Positions 12,188 through 25,520 of a stretch of DNA of 64,000 bases are shown one piece after another (within the stretch, counting starts at the first letter, position 1; the number at the start of each line of letters is the position of its first letter). The translations under genes and the position numbers were made by a program. The notes beneath the pieces are model-generated. The model had not been told where the DNA came from and did no database searches. It worked only from the letters and a program-made list of their open reading frames with translations. The stretch is from positions 35,588,001-35,652,000 of the forward strand of contig NC_082713.1 of NCBI RefSeq assembly GCF_030144855.1, in the 5' to 3' direction. The stretch comes from Hypanus sabinus. Lineage: Eukaryota.

Positions 12188-13022
12188 TAGATGGGATAGA
12201 GTTTGTCAAATGTGTTCAGGAAAGTTTCTGTAGAAGTCCCTACATGAGAATGTGCAATACTTGATCTTCTATTGAGGAATGAGACAGGGCAAGTAGCAGA
12301 AGTTTGTGTAGGGGAAAACTTTGCATCTAGTGATCATAATATCAATAGTTCCAAAGTAAATATGGAAAAATATAGGTCTGGTCTGCAGGCTGAGATTCTA
12401 AACTGCAGAAATTAATTTTGATGGTATTAGAAAGAATCTGGCAAGTGTGGAACAGGGCAGGCTGCTTTCTAGTAAAGATAGCCTTGGTAAGTGTGAGGCC
12501 TTCAAAAGTGAAATTTTGAGGGTACAAAGCTTGCATGTGCCTGTCAGAACAAAAGGTAAAGATAACAGGTTTAGGGAACCTTGGTTTTCAAGAGATGATG
12601 TGGCCCTGGTTCAGAAAAAACAAGAGGTGCATAGCAGGTATACGTAGGTAGGAACAGATGAGATACTCATGGAGTATAAAAAATGCAAGAGAACAATTAA
12701 GAAAAAAATCGGGAAGGTTACAAGGAGGCATAAGGTTGCCTGAGCAGTCAAGGTGAAAGAGAGTCCTGAGAGATTCTGCAGGTAAGTTAAGAGAAAGTGG
12801 ATTGCAAGGGATAAGATAGGTTCTCGGGAAGATCAGAATTCTAATCTATATATGGATCCAAAAGTGAATAGGGAGATCTGAAATCCATTTTTTTATTTTT
12901 GCATTTTTATTTGCTTGGGAGACATTCACAGAAACTATTGAAGTGAGGCAAAGCAGCAGCGAGGTGATGGAATCTACACAGATTACAGAGGAGAAGGTGT
13001 TTGTTATCTTGAGGCAAATTAG
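12188..13022 (+). mobile_element. CR1 element A, segment 2
   Basis: Resumes with LDGIEFVKCVQE, then ILDL, SDHN, REPWF; ends gaggcaaattag at the element C junction. Confidence 0.8.
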
Positions 13023-15030
13023 ACCATAGAGCCACAAGACTACAAGATACAGGAACAGAATTTAGGCCATTTGGCCCATCAGGTCTGCTTTGCCATTTCA
13101 TCATGGCTGATCCAATTATCTTCTCAGCCCCAGTCTCTTGCCTTCCCCGGGTATCCCTTCATGACCTGAGAAATCAAGACCATATTAACCTCTGCATTAA
13201 ATATACATAAAGACTTGGCTTCAACTGCTGCCTGTGTCAATGAATTTTCCAGATTCACCACTTCTGGCTAAATAAATTCCTCTTTTTCTCCGTTCTGAAA
13301 GGATGTCCCTCTATTTTGAGGCTGTGTCCTCTAGTCTTTGACTCTAGCGCCATAGGAAGCATCTTCTCCACATCCACTCTATCAGGCCTTTCACAACTTG
13401 ATGGGTTTCTATAAGATCACTCCTCATTTTTCAGAATTCTGGTGAATACAGGCCCAGAGCCATCAAACTCTGTTCATACAACAAGCCATAAAATCCTGGA
13501 ATCATTTTCCTGAACCTCCTTTGAACCCTCCCCAGCCTCAGTACATCCCTTCGAAGATAAAGGGCCCAAAACTGCTCACAATGCCCCAAGTGAGACCTCA
13601 CCAGAGCTTTATAAACTCTGAACATCACATCCTTGCTTTCATATTCTCATCCTACTGAAATGAATGCTAAAATTGCATTCATCTTCCTCACCACAGACTC
13701 AACCTGCCAATTAACCTTTAGGGAACCTTGTTTAAGTAATATTTTAAACATAAACATAAAATGTAACAAGAATTAGTCCCAACACAGACCGCTGTGGAAC
13801 ACCAGTAGTCACCAGTAGCCAACCAGAAAAGGCTCCCTTTATTCCCACTTTTTGTCTCCTGCCAATTCAGCACTGCTTTACCCATGCTAAATTCTTTCCT
13901 GTAATACCATGGGCTTGTAGCTTGTTAAGCAACCTCATGTGTGGCACCTTGTCAAAGGGCTTCTGAAATCCAAGAACACAACATCAACCGATTTTCCATT
14001 GTCTATCCTGCTTCAAAGAATTCTAAAAGATCTGTCAGGGAAGATTTTCCCTTGAGGAAGCCATGGTTAATATGGCCATAGAAAAAGAACCTCAGGATTG
14101 TTTGCAGTGATTCAGTATGTAGGTAATTTGATAACAAATTTTACTTTGAACTTTGATTTTATCATGTCCCTCCAAATACCCCAAAACCACATTCTTAACA
14201 ATTGACTCTAACATCTTCCCAACCACTGAGGTCAGACTAACTGGCCTATAGTTTCCTTCTTTCTGCCTTTCTCCCTTCTGTTAGAGTAGAATGACTTTTG
14301 CAATTTTCCAGTCTTCCAGAACCATTCCAGAATCTACTGATTCTTGAGAGATCATTACTAATGCCTCTACAACCTCTTCAGCCATCTCTTTTAGAATCTT
14401 GGGGTATAAACCATCTTGCCTAGGTGACTTATCTACCTTCAGACTTTTCAGTTTCCCTAGTAATGGTAACTTTTCACACTTCATGATCCCTATCTCCCGC
14501 TACTTTCATCATACTGCTAATGCTTTGCACAGTGAAGACTGATGTAAAATGCTTATTCATTTTTTTTTATCAACAGAGTAACAACACCCACTTTGCGTTC
14601 CTGCCTGTCCTTTCGATACAATGTGATCCTTGGACATTAATCTCCTAGCTATAATCTTCATTCAGCTATGATTCAGTGATGCCAACAACATCATAAATGC
14701 CAATCCATAACTGTGCTACAAATTCTTCTACCTTATTCCGTATACTGGGCACATTCAGATATAACACCTTCGGTCTTGGATTCACCTTTTTTCAATTTTG
14801 TCTGCCTTTTTCATTGCAACTCATTGTGTTGACTGCAATTTTGCTCTACCATTGGTCTCTCCTTGATAGGAATCTTTCTAAATATTGCTTCTGTTTGTAA
14901 ACCAACTACTCAGTTTCAGTATTATCACTCTGGTTCCTATCCCACTGCCAATTTAGTTTAAACCCACCCAAACAATTCAATCTAATCTGCCTACAGGGAT
15001 ACTGGAACTCCTTGGGTTCAGCTGTAACTT
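13023..15030 (-). mobile_element. CR1 element C, internally deleted (ORF1 end, endonuclease start, RT pieces, 3' tail)
   Basis: Minus ORFs YKALVRSHLGHCEQFWA and LKVDKSPRQDGLYPKILKE; (TCTTATGG)-like tail at 13023. Confidence 0.85.
14080..14156 (+). mobile_element. Short Rex1-type tail fragment inserted in element C
   Basis: Matches the end of 291-560: ttgataacaaattttactttgaactttga. Confidence 0.55.
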
Positions 15031-15035
15031 TGGGG

Positions 15036-16297
15036 TTAGAGTCGATAAATCCCCAGGGGCTGACAATGTGTTCCCCTAGACACTCTGGGAAGCAAATGCA
15101 GTTATTGCAGGGGCCATAGCAGAGATATTTAAATCATCCTTAGTGACAGGTAAGGTACCATAAATTAGAGGAGAGCTAATGTTGTCGCACTGTTTAAGAA
15201 AGACACTAAAAATAAACAAGGAAATTTTAGTCCAGTCAGCCTGTCAGCAGTAGAGGGAAAGCTATTGGAAGGTATTCTCAGGGACCGGATCTATGAGTAT
15301 TTGGATAGACAGGGATAGCTTGGGGATAGCACAGCTTTGTGTATGGCAGATCATGTCTAACCAATCTTAGAAGTTTTTCCAGGAAGTTACCAAGGAAGTT
15401 GATGAAGGTAAGGTCATGGATGTTGACTACATGGACTTTAGAAAGGCATTTGGTTGGTAAGAAGGTTCAGTTGCTTGGCATTCAATATGAGGTAGTAAAT
15501 CAGATTAGATATTGGCTTTGTGGGAGAAGTCAGAGAGTGGTCATAGATGGTTGCCTCTCTAATTAGAGGCCTGTGACTAATGGAGTGGTGCAGGGATTGG
15601 TGCTGTGTCTGGTGTTATTTGTCATCTACATCAATGATCTGGATTATAATGTGGTTAACTGGATCAGCAAGTTTGCGGATGGCACCAAGGTTGTGGTGTC
15701 GTGGACAGCGCAGAACACTATCAAAGGTTGTAGCTGGATCTGGAAAGTTAGGCTGTAAGCCGGCAGATGGAATTTAATGCAGATAAGTGTGATGTGTTAA
15801 ATTTTGGTTGGACCAGCCAGGGTGGGTGTTACACAGTATATGCTGGACACCGAGGAGTGCTGTATTATAAAGGGATCTGGGGATGCAGACCCATAATTCA
15901 TTGAAAGTGGCGTCAAAGTGAGGTAAGGTTGTAAAGAAAGCTTCTGGCACAGTGGCCTTCATAATTCAAAGTATTGAGTATAGGAGATTGGATGTTATGT
16001 TGAAGTTGTATAAGATATTGTTGAGGCCTAATTTGAAGTATCATGTGTAGATTGGTCACCTACCCTCAGGCTGAAAGAGTACAAACAAAACTTACAAAGG
16101 TTTTGCCAGGACCAGCGGACCTGAGTTAAAAGGAAAAATTGAATAGGTTAGGACTTTATTCCTTTAACATAAAATATTGAGGAGATTTGATAAGAGGTAT
16201 ACAAAATTATAGATAGGATAAATGCAAGCAGGCTTTTCCCACTGAGGTTGGGTGAGAGTACAACTAGAGGTCATGGGTAAAGGGTGAAAGGTGAAAC
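15036..16297 (+). mobile_element. CR1 element A, segment 3 (decayed RT)
   Basis: DKSPGAD, GRSCLTNL, GVVQGLVL, YINDLD, SKFADGTK. Confidence 0.85.
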
Positions 16298-17624
16298 ATA
16301 GAAACACAGAAAATAGTTGCAGGAGTAGGCCATTCAGCCCTTCCAGCCTGCACCGCCATTCAGTATGATCAGGGCTGATCATCCAACTCAGAACCCTGTA
16401 CCTGCTTTCTCTCCATACCACCTGATCCCTTTAGCCACAATGGCCATATCTAACTTCCTCTTAAATATAGCCAATGATCTAGCCTCAACTGTTTCCTGTG
16501 GCAGAGAATTCCACAGATACACCACTCTCTGTGTGAAGAAGTTTTTCCTCTTCTTGATCCTAAAAGGCTTCCCCTTTATCCTTAAACTGTGACCCCTCGT
16601 TCTGGACTTCCCCAACATCGGAAACAATCTTCCTTCATCTAGCCTGTCCAATTCCTTTAGACTTTTATACGTTTCAATAAGATCCCCCCTCAATCTTCTA
16701 AATTCCAGTGAGTATAAGCCTAGTTGATCCAGTCTTTCTTCATATGAAAGTCCAGCCATCCCAGGAAACAATCTGGTGAACCTTCTTTGCACTCCCTCTA
16801 TGGCAAGAATGTCTTTCCTCAGATTAGGGGACCAAAACTGCACACAATACTCTAGATGCGGTCTCACCAAGGCCTTGTACAACTGCAGTAGAACCTTCAT
16901 GCTCCTGTACTCAAATCCTTTTGCTATGAATGCCAACATACCATTTGCCTTTTTCACCGCCTGCTGTACCTGCATGCCCACCTTCAATGACTGGTGTACA
17001 ATGACACCCAGATCTCGTTGCACCTTCCCTTTTCCTAATCGGCCACTATTCAGATAATAATCTGTTTTCCTGTTCTTGCAACAAAAGTGGATAACCTCAC
17101 ATTTATCTACTTTAAATTGCATCTGCCATGAATTTGCCCACTCACCTAACCTATCCAAGTCACCCTGCATCCTTATAGTATCCTCCTCACAGCTAACACT
17201 GCCGCTCAGCATCATGTCATCCGCAAACTTGGGGATGCTGCATTTAATTCCCTCATCTAAATCATTAATATATATTGTAAACAACTGGGCTCCCAGCACT
17301 GAGCCTTGCGGTACCCCACTAGTCACTGCCTGCCATTCTGAAAAGGTCCCATTTACTCCCACTCTTTGCTTCCTGTCTGCCAATCAATTCTCTATCCACA
17401 TCAATGTCATACCCCCAATACCATGTGCTTTAAGTTTGCACACTAATCTCCTGTGTGGGACCTTGTCAAAAGCTTTTTGAAAATCTATATGTACCACATC
17501 TACTGGTTCTCCCCTATCCACTCTACTAGTTACATCTTCAAAAAATTCTATGAGATTCGTCAGACATGATTCTCCTTTCACAAATCCATGCTGACTTTGT
17601 CCGATGATTTCGCCGCTTTCTAAA
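16298..17624 (-). mobile_element. 5'-truncated young CR1 (element D) with 6-bp TSD
   Basis: tgaaac at 16292-16297 and 17625-17630; (TTTCTATG)-type tail. Confidence 0.92.
16388..17581 (-). pseudogene. CR1 RT C-terminal half with one nonsense codon
   Basis: ORFs 17384-17581 and 16388-17383 are in frame, separated by TGA where element B has W (WIEN*LADRKQR). Confidence 0.9.
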
Positions 17625-17875
17625 TGAAACGCTTAAAGGGAACATGTGTGTGTGGGGGGGGAGCTGCTGCACTCAAAAGGGTTGTGAGAGTGTGCAATGA
17701 GCTGCCAATGCAACTGGTGTATGCAAGATTGATTTCAATGTTCAAGAGAAATTTGGATAGGTACAGGGATGGTAGAGGTATGGTCCCAGTGCAGACCAGC
17801 GGGAGTAGGCATTCTAAATGGTTAAGTACGGACTAGATGCGCTGTGCTGTACTTTTCTATGACTCCCTGTGACTC
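17625..17875 (+). mobile_element. CR1 element A, 3' end
   Basis: RVVRVCNELP..FKRNLDRY; tail ttctatgactccctgtgactct. Confidence 0.8.
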
Positions 17876-18762
17876 TATTCTGAGGATGTGTCCTCTGGTC
17901 TTAGACTGCCACGCCTTAGGAGACTTCCTGTGCATACCCACTCTATCATGACCTTTCAACAGTTGTACGCTTAAATGAGACGTCTCCTCATTTTTAAAAA
18001 TTCTAGTGAACACAGACCAAGAGCCATCAAATGCTCCTCATATGGTCAGCCTTACAATTCTGGAATCTTTTTGTGAACCTCCTTTGAAAGTTCTCCAATG
18101 TCAGCACATCTTTTTTTAAAATAAAGAGGCACAAAACTGCTCACAATTCCAGAAGAGAGGCCTCACCAGTGCCTTACAAAGCCTCACCATTATATTATTG
18201 CTTTTATACTCTAATCCTGTTGAAATGAATGCTAACACTGCATTTGCCTTCCTTACCACTGACTCAACATGGAAATTAACCTTTAGGGGATCCTGCACAA
18301 GTACTTCCAAGACCCTTTGCACCTCTAATTTTTGAATTTTATATCTATTGAGAAAATAATCTACACTTTACTTCTTCTACCAAGGTGTATAATGGTACAC
18401 TTCCTGACATTGTATTCTATCTGCCACCTCTTTGCCTATTCTCCTTATCTGTCTAAGTCCTTCTGTAATCTCTCTACTTTCTCAATACTACCTTCCTCTC
18501 CACCTACCTTTGATTCATCCACAAACTTTGCTGCAAGCCATTAATTCCATCGTCCAAAGCATTGACAAATAATGTTAAAAGACACAATCCTTACAGTCTC
18601 CTGTGTACACCAATAATCAACGATAGCCAACCAAAAAAGGTTCCCTTTATTCCCATGCTTTCCCTCCTGCCAATCAGCCAATGTTCTATCCACGTTAGTA
18701 TATTTCCTGTAATGCCATAGGCCCTTAACTTGTTAGGCAGCCTCATGTATACCACCTTGTCA
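17872..18762 (-). mobile_element. CR1 element E, upstream part
   Basis: Minus ORFs VVRKANAVLAFISTGLEYK and KTRGHILRIE; joins 7062-7328. Confidence 0.85.
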
Positions 18763-18827
18763 ATAAGAGAGTTGACTTATCAATAGAAACTAAACAGTTC
18801 TGTGTGTGAATTGTTTAGCGAAGACAT

Positions 18828-19117
18828 GGCAGTGTAGCGGTTTACAATGACAGCAATTAAGGTCAATTTCAAACTGGTGTCTGTAAGGAGTTTATATGTT
18901 CTCCCTACGACCATGGGTTTCCTTTGAGTTCTCCAGGTTCCAAAGACAAATGAGTTCATAAGTTGAGTTCATGTTATGCTGGAATATTGGTGAAACGTGT
19001 GGGCTCCCCAACCCCCCGCCCCCCCCCCCAGCATATCCTCAGGCTGTGTTGAGTTGTTGAGACAAATTATGCATTTTACTGTATGTTTTGATTTATGTGA
19101 AACAAATAAAGCTAATT
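18828..19117 (+). mobile_element. Degenerate V-domain tRNA-SINE
   Basis: Head ggcagtgtagcgg; V-like core ggagtttatatgttctccctacgaccatgggtttcc; tail acaaataaagct. Confidence 0.6.
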
Positions 19118-19119
19118 AT

Positions 19120-19490
19120 TTTAGAGTTTAGAAGTAAAAAGGGATGACCTTATTTAAGAACATTAAAATCCTAAGAGGGTTTCAGGGAAGATTTGAGATG
19201 TCTTCATTAAAGGGAAAGTTATGATCAAGGAGCCTATAACTTAAAAATGAAGTGTTTAGAAATGTCTCCTCTCGTTGGAAAAATCTCACTGCCCTAGATG
19301 GTGGTGGAAGGAATTTTCAGATATATTTAAACTGCAGAAAGATAAGTAGTTGAGTGATTGTGAAATTGAAGTTTATGGGTGACTAACATAGAAGAGTTGA
19401 GACCAACATTTGCTAGCCATGAATATACTAAATGGCAGAGAGGCTTGAGGGGACTGATGGCCCACTCCTGTCCCTATTTTTCTGTGCTCT
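19120..19490 (+). mobile_element. Old CR1 3' end
   Basis: gagtttagaag...gggatgaccttatt...gcttgaggggactgatggcccactcctg. Confidence 0.6.
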
Positions 19491-19907
19491 CTCTGTTTAT
19501 GCTCATAACTGAGATTTATAATGTGAGAACGTGATACTGAATGTTGTGGTGTCTGCTTTAAAGAGATCATCGGAGAAGGAAAGGGGAAAATAAAATAAAT
19601 AAGATTGTTACAAATAAATAAATTCGTTGCAATATTGTAACTAACTCCCAAAACACTATTTATGAAGCAATATTAATTAATGCCAAGATATGTTTTAGAA
19701 TAAAATGTAAGCAGATCAAACTTTAGTGAAATTAAGTTATGTTCAAAATATATCTGGTAATTCCTAGACTATCTGTTTGAGTGGTAAATGGTAATACAAA
19801 TGCATTTTATGTCATTGTACCTAAACTGATTCAATTATCACAGATCTCTTATTATTTTATTTCAAAAGCAGAACGTTACTAACTTCAGCTCCAATATTCC
19901 TCCAATA

Positions 19908-20035
19908 AGAGAGTTAGGTGCACCAAATTTCTGGGAGTCCACATAATGGAGTTCTCACCTGATCCCTCTATACCACCTCTTTAGTCAAGAAACTACAGCA
20001 GTATCTCCACTGCCTGAGGAAAGTGTGGCAAGTGA
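19908..20035 (+). mobile_element. Rex1/Babar RT fragment
   Basis: TKFLGVHI...LVKKLQQYLHCLRK. Confidence 0.55.
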
Positions 20036-20842
20036 GCATCTCCCTTGTTTACCATTGTTAGTGTTTTGTAGCCTACAGCTTTATCACTTGTTTCTTGCTT
20101 TTTACCAATTGTTTGTTTATAGATCAACTGCAATAAACAAGCCTTTGCCACCCCCACCCCTGCCCCACACTTGTTGTGGAATTCCTTCTAGTGCTCTATT
20201 GTCCACTAAGATCCAAAGATGTGCTGTTCAATACACTAAATGATCATTGTAAATTACCCCTTTTAAAGGTACGTGATTGGAGAATCAAGGTGAAGTTAAT
20301 GGGTAGAATTGATTGAGAATTTGTCACAGAGTAATAAGTGTGAAAATGCAATTGATGATTTTACACTGGAAACTTAATTCAATTGGCTGATTTGAGATTA
20401 AATCTCAGTTCAGTGAACTGAACGGCAATCAATTCATGTCAGAGAAAATATGAATATCATCAAGCTCGTTTGATCTCCTTATTATTAACATTTCCTTTGT
20501 TCTCTCCAACGCTCTCCCTTCATATAAAGTCCTATGAAAAGCTATTCAGCACCCCATGCGTGCTGCCTATTGAGTACCTATTTTACTTACCCTGTTTTAG
20601 CCTTCTAGGGCATATCACCTTGAATGCTCCTCTAAATGCCTTTTATATTTTGAGACTACATGCCTTCACCTCCTTTTCCAAAATTTAACCACCCTCTGGC
20701 TGAATAAAATAAATCTTACTATAAGTGTTCTCATATATTTCTTATGGTTTATCTGAAACCAATGCCCTCTGGTCACGGACACCTTCACTGAGGTGTAAAG
20801 TTTCTCAAATGGTCTCTAGCAACAGGTAAATATATATCAATA

Positions 20843-21275
20843 AGACTGAAAGAGTGCAGAGAAAATTTACAAGGCTTCTGCAAGGACTTGAGGACCTTGA
20901 GAAAGGTAGAATAGGTTAGGACTTTATTTCCTAGAGCTTAGAAGAATGAGAGAACATTTGATAGAAGTATACACAGTTATGAGGGTAAATGCAAGCAGGT
21001 TTTTTTTCCACTGAGTTTAGGCAAGATTAGAATGAGAAGTCATGGGTTAGGTGCGAAAGGTGAACTGTTTAAGGGGATCGTGAGGGGAAACTTCTTTACT
21101 CAGAGGGTGGTGAGAGTGTGGAATGAGTTTGTGTATTTAGGTTTGATCTCAATATTTGAGAGCAATTTATATAGGTTACAGGATGCACATTGATGGGACT
21201 AGGCAGATTAATAGTTCAGCATGAACCAGATGGGTCAAAAGACTTGCTTCTATTTTGTACTGTTCTATGACTCTA
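20843..21275 (+). mobile_element. CR1 3' end, inserted in an older minus-strand CR1 (~20500-21480)
   Basis: RVQRKFTR..GNFFTQRVVRVWNE; tail ttctatgactct. Confidence 0.75.
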
Positions 21276-22044
21276 ATCTACCTTATTTATGCCCCTCAGA
21301 ATTTGCTCTCAATCACTTCATCTCTCAGCCTTTTCTTCTCCAGGGAAGACAAACAGCCTCTCTTCACAGTTGAAACCCTCTGTACTAACATCTGGATCAA
21401 TCTCCTCATCAGCATCTTCAGTGCAATGGCATCTTTCCTATTAGTGTGTGGACTAGAACCACACAAGGAATGCCCACTGTGCCTCAATCTCCCCAGGATA
21501 TTGAAATAGACTGTCCAACAACAATCACACCATTTTAAATCAACAGAAGTTATTTGACTCATTTTTATGGGAAACTGTGGGCCAAACATTTTATCAGGAT
21601 GACCTCATGCAAAGCAACTTTTCTGTATGCAGTCTTTAAGTTGGATGCAGTTCCCAACATAGCTCAGTTTAACGATTCTCCCAACATAATCAGCAGACTC
21701 TGTCCTCAATTTTATGGACTGTCATTGAGATTGAGTACTTGTTAATATTTCAGTTTTAATCAGACTGATTTAAATACATTTAATTGTTCATGATGTACTC
21801 GATTGTTAGATTTCATGATTTTAAAATAATATTAAACGTAAGTTTATAGTTTTTATTTCAACTAAATTAAGCATCCAAAAATTCAAAACACAAAAATTAA
21901 CAAAATACATTAAAATTACTGAGAAATCATAAAAAAACCCACTGTAAACATATTTAAACACTAGAACTCATTTCAATCAATTAAATACATTTAAACCAAC
22001 CCAGCTGCATGAATTAGGACACAACAGCATGTTGGCCAAGTTAC

Positions 22045-22358
22045 TGGGCTCACTGCCAGAGTTCTGGATCATTGATCTAGAGTCGTGAGTTCAAATCCCA
22101 TCAAGGCAACTGGGGAATTTAAATTTGAATAATTATTTTAAGACAAATGCTACTATGCAGTTAACACTGACCATAAAAGGACTGGATTGTAAACCATCTG
22201 TTTCATACTCATTTTTCAAAGGATGAAATTAGTCATTCATATCTGGTCTAACCTACTTGTGATGCCAGACCCAACAGTTCACTGTTCCAAAGCAATGAGG
22301 TACAGAAAATAAACACAGGCATTGTCAGCAATGTCCACATCCGTTGGATGAATCAAAC
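22045..22358 (+). mobile_element. Ancient tRNA-derived SINE with L2-type tail
   Basis: B-box gagttcaaatccc, central aaaccatctg...tctggtctaacctacttgtgatgccagaccc, tail aataaa..ccacatcc..atgaat; family recalled, not searched. Confidence 0.6.
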
Positions 22359-22731
22359 ATGAAAATTACTTTACATTTACACTTTGTCTGCAACGGTTTA
22401 TTTTCATTAAAATCAATGGACCATACTGGACTTGTGCCACTGCAAGTGCTACATAATCTGTGCAGGTCTGTGCCTCGTGGCCGTGCTTCACAAGGAGATC
22501 AATAAAGGATCACAGATGCCCCAGTATCAGGAAGTAGCTGAGCAGAAATTTGGATACTGCATGTTGTCAGATAAGGTATACGGGCCATATCTGTTCAAGA
22601 CCTGTAGCAGAGTGGTCCCGGATAAAAGGTAACCTAAGAATTTTTCAGAATTCAGGGTAAGTGTCTCTTGATAAGGCTGTTGATGACTTTTCCCTTCATT
22701 GTCTTGACTATTGCAAATGGACTCAAGTGGA

Positions 22732-23328
22732 GGCAAGGATGTAATTCTGAGGCTTTATAAGGCATTGGTCAGAACATACTTGGAGTATTTGTCAACAGTT
22801 TTGGATCACTCATCTAAGAAAGGATGTGCTGCCATTGGAGAGGGTCCTGAGGAGGTTCAAAAGATGATTCCAGGAATGAAAGGGTTACTATATGGACTGT
22901 GTTTGATGAGCCTGTAGTCACTGGATTTTAGAAGAATGAGGGGGGAAATGACATTGAAACCTGTTGAATATTGAATGGCGTAGATAGACTAGATATGCAG
23001 AGGGTATTTCCAATAGTGGGGGAGTCTAGGACCAGAGAACACACCCTCAAAATAGAGAAAAAAGGATGAGGAGGAATTTCTTCAGCCAAAGGATGGTTAA
23101 TCTGTGAAATTCATTGCCATGGATGGCTGTGGAGGCTACGTCTGGATATATTAAAAGTGGAGTTTGATAGGTTCTTGATTATTAAGGGTGTCAAAAGTTA
23201 CAGGGAGAAGGGAGGAGAATGGGGTTAAGAGGGATAATAAATCAGCCATAATGGAACGGCAGAGCAGACTTGATGGTATGAATGGTTTAATTCTGCTCCT
23301 ATGTCTTGAAGTCTTATGGTCGTATGGT
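22732..23328 (+). mobile_element. CR1 3' end
   Basis: KDVILRLYKALVRTYLEY; tail gtcttatggtcgtatggt. Confidence 0.85.
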
Positions 23329-23539
23329 GGTAACAGCTCACATTAGCTGTCTCCTGTCTTAATGGACAGGTTGATTACCATATGGATAACAATATTGAAA
23401 CTGTAGTGGAAAAGATAGGTTAGAACTAGTGCAGTTAGTTTAAAATCATAGATATTAAGTAATGCAGGGAAAATATTACTGGGCCCAGTACTCATAGCAA
23501 TGCCTTAGCATCACATGCAGTGAATCAAACTGGCGGAGT

Positions 23540-24038
23540 TCAAGTCAAGATAAGTCAAATTTATTTATATAGCACATTTAGAAACAACCCACGTTGACCA
23601 AAGTGCTGTACATATCAGAGCAGATAGCTAAAATCACAAATACAAGGAACACAGACTTAACCAACAAGGCAAACAGTTTATAGGCACAAAAGAAACAACA
23701 CAAGGGCCTAGGCACAAGCCAAAAATCAGCCAAATCAGGAGGATTCAAATGTTAATGAATAAAAGTAAGTTTTGAGCCTGGATTTCAAAGAGTTGCTTGC
23801 CGGGGCAGATCTGATGGGGGGGGGGGGGAATGCTGTTCCACAGTCCAGGGGCTACAATAGCAAAGGCACGGTCACCCTTGGGTTTCAGTTTAAATCACGG
23901 GACAGCCAGGAGCCCCAAGTCAGCCGACCTGAGGGACCTGGAAGTAGAATAAGGGGTTAGAATGTCTATTTTATAAGGGAGGGGGCAAGCTCATTTAGGG
24001 CTTTATAAACAAACAGGAGAATCTTAAAATCAATTCTC
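23540..24038 (-). mobile_element. L2 LINE 3' end (teleost-like)
   Basis: Minus strand RIDFKILLFVYKALNELAP..GDRAFAIVAPGLWNS; 3' end tgtgctatataaataaa and (TTGAC)n tail. Confidence 0.8.
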
Positions 24039-25009
24039 ACAGGAAAATGAGAGGGAGATTGCCCAGAACTTAATACGTTTACATCCTTGGGGCTACTGGC
24101 ATTCAAAGCACAACAATGGAAAAGTTAAAGGAAAAAAAGATCACTTCAGAAGAACTACCTATTCTCTTCTGAGTATTGGCTACTGATTTCCTGCAGCCTG
24201 CATGAACAGATGAAACCTGAGGTGAGCAATTTTCTTCCAACTATGTTGCAAACAGTGCAGCAAAATGTCAGGTCAGTTTATGTATCAAGTGCTAGTGTTC
24301 AGTTCAATGGCACAATATTATGCCACATCCATTAGCTTACTCAGAAACAATTTAAGTTTAATATTATTTGAGTAGAATAGTCTGTTGTGAACATACCAAA
24401 CTGCGACTTCTGCAGACCACAAAGAAGTTAAATTGTTGACAAATCAATTTTAAAATACAATTTATGTTGACCATGGGTTACCGCATAACTATAAATTTTA
24501 TCATGAAATCTCCATGGAAATAAAAATAAAAAAGAAACAATAAACAACAAAGGAAATCTATGAGTCTTGGTTAAGAAGTAATGAATGGAAATGCAATATG
24601 AGGATAATTACTCTGAGGGTAGATGGGTCAATAAATCTTTTTTAATTTTATACTCCTTGGTGCAAAACAATCAAAATGTTGATGTCATCAACCTGGTAAA
24701 GTGCAATCCTGACAAATTATGAAAAAGCTAAAAGATTGCTGTTGTACATTGCTACAGTGAACAATGGCCCTCCCCCCTATTAACGCTGCCTGACCTGCTG
24801 AGTGCTTCTAGTATCTGCATTAATTTACTTCAACATCCCCTTAAGATCTTTTATGTTTCACTTCAAATCTATATTATGTATATTTTATCTTAATTTAAGA
24901 ATTATTAATTCATGAATAATACTTTACTTCAAATAATTGTATTGATGTATTTTTGAGTATTTCAGTTCCTTGATGTTCTTGAGCTCTGCATTGAAACAGA
25001 ATATTAGTA

Positions 25010-25520
25010 TTCAGAATCAGAATCAGGTTTATTAACACCAGCATGTGCTAACTAAGCAGCTGCAGTTCAATGCAATACATAGCGTAGAAGAAAATAATGA
25101 TAATAATTAACTAATAAGTAAATCAATTACAGTATATGTATTTTGAATAGATTAAAAATCATGCAAAAACACAAATACTTTATATTAAAAAAGTGAGGTA
25201 GTGTTCAAGGGTTCGATGTCCATTTAGGAATCGGATGGCAGAGGAGAAGAAGCTGTTCCTGAATCGCTGAGTGTGTGCCTTCAGGCTTTTGTACCTCCTA
25301 CCTGATAGTAACAGTGAGAAAAGGGCATGCCCTGGGTGCTGGAGGTCCTTAATAATAGATGCTGCCTTTTTGAGACACCATTCCTTGAAGATGTCCTGGG
25401 TATTTTGTAGGCTAGTACCGAATATGGAGCCGACTAAATTTACAACCCTCTGCAGATTCTTTCGGTCCTGTGCAGTATCCTCCCCATACCAGACAGTTAT
25501 TCAGCCTGTCAGAATGCTCT
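25010..25520 (-). mobile_element. Rex1/Babar LINE 3' end
   Basis: Minus SILTG-ITVWYG...PQHPGHALFSLLSGRRY-type motifs; (ATTCTG)n tail; close paralog of 32681-33615. Confidence 0.85.
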
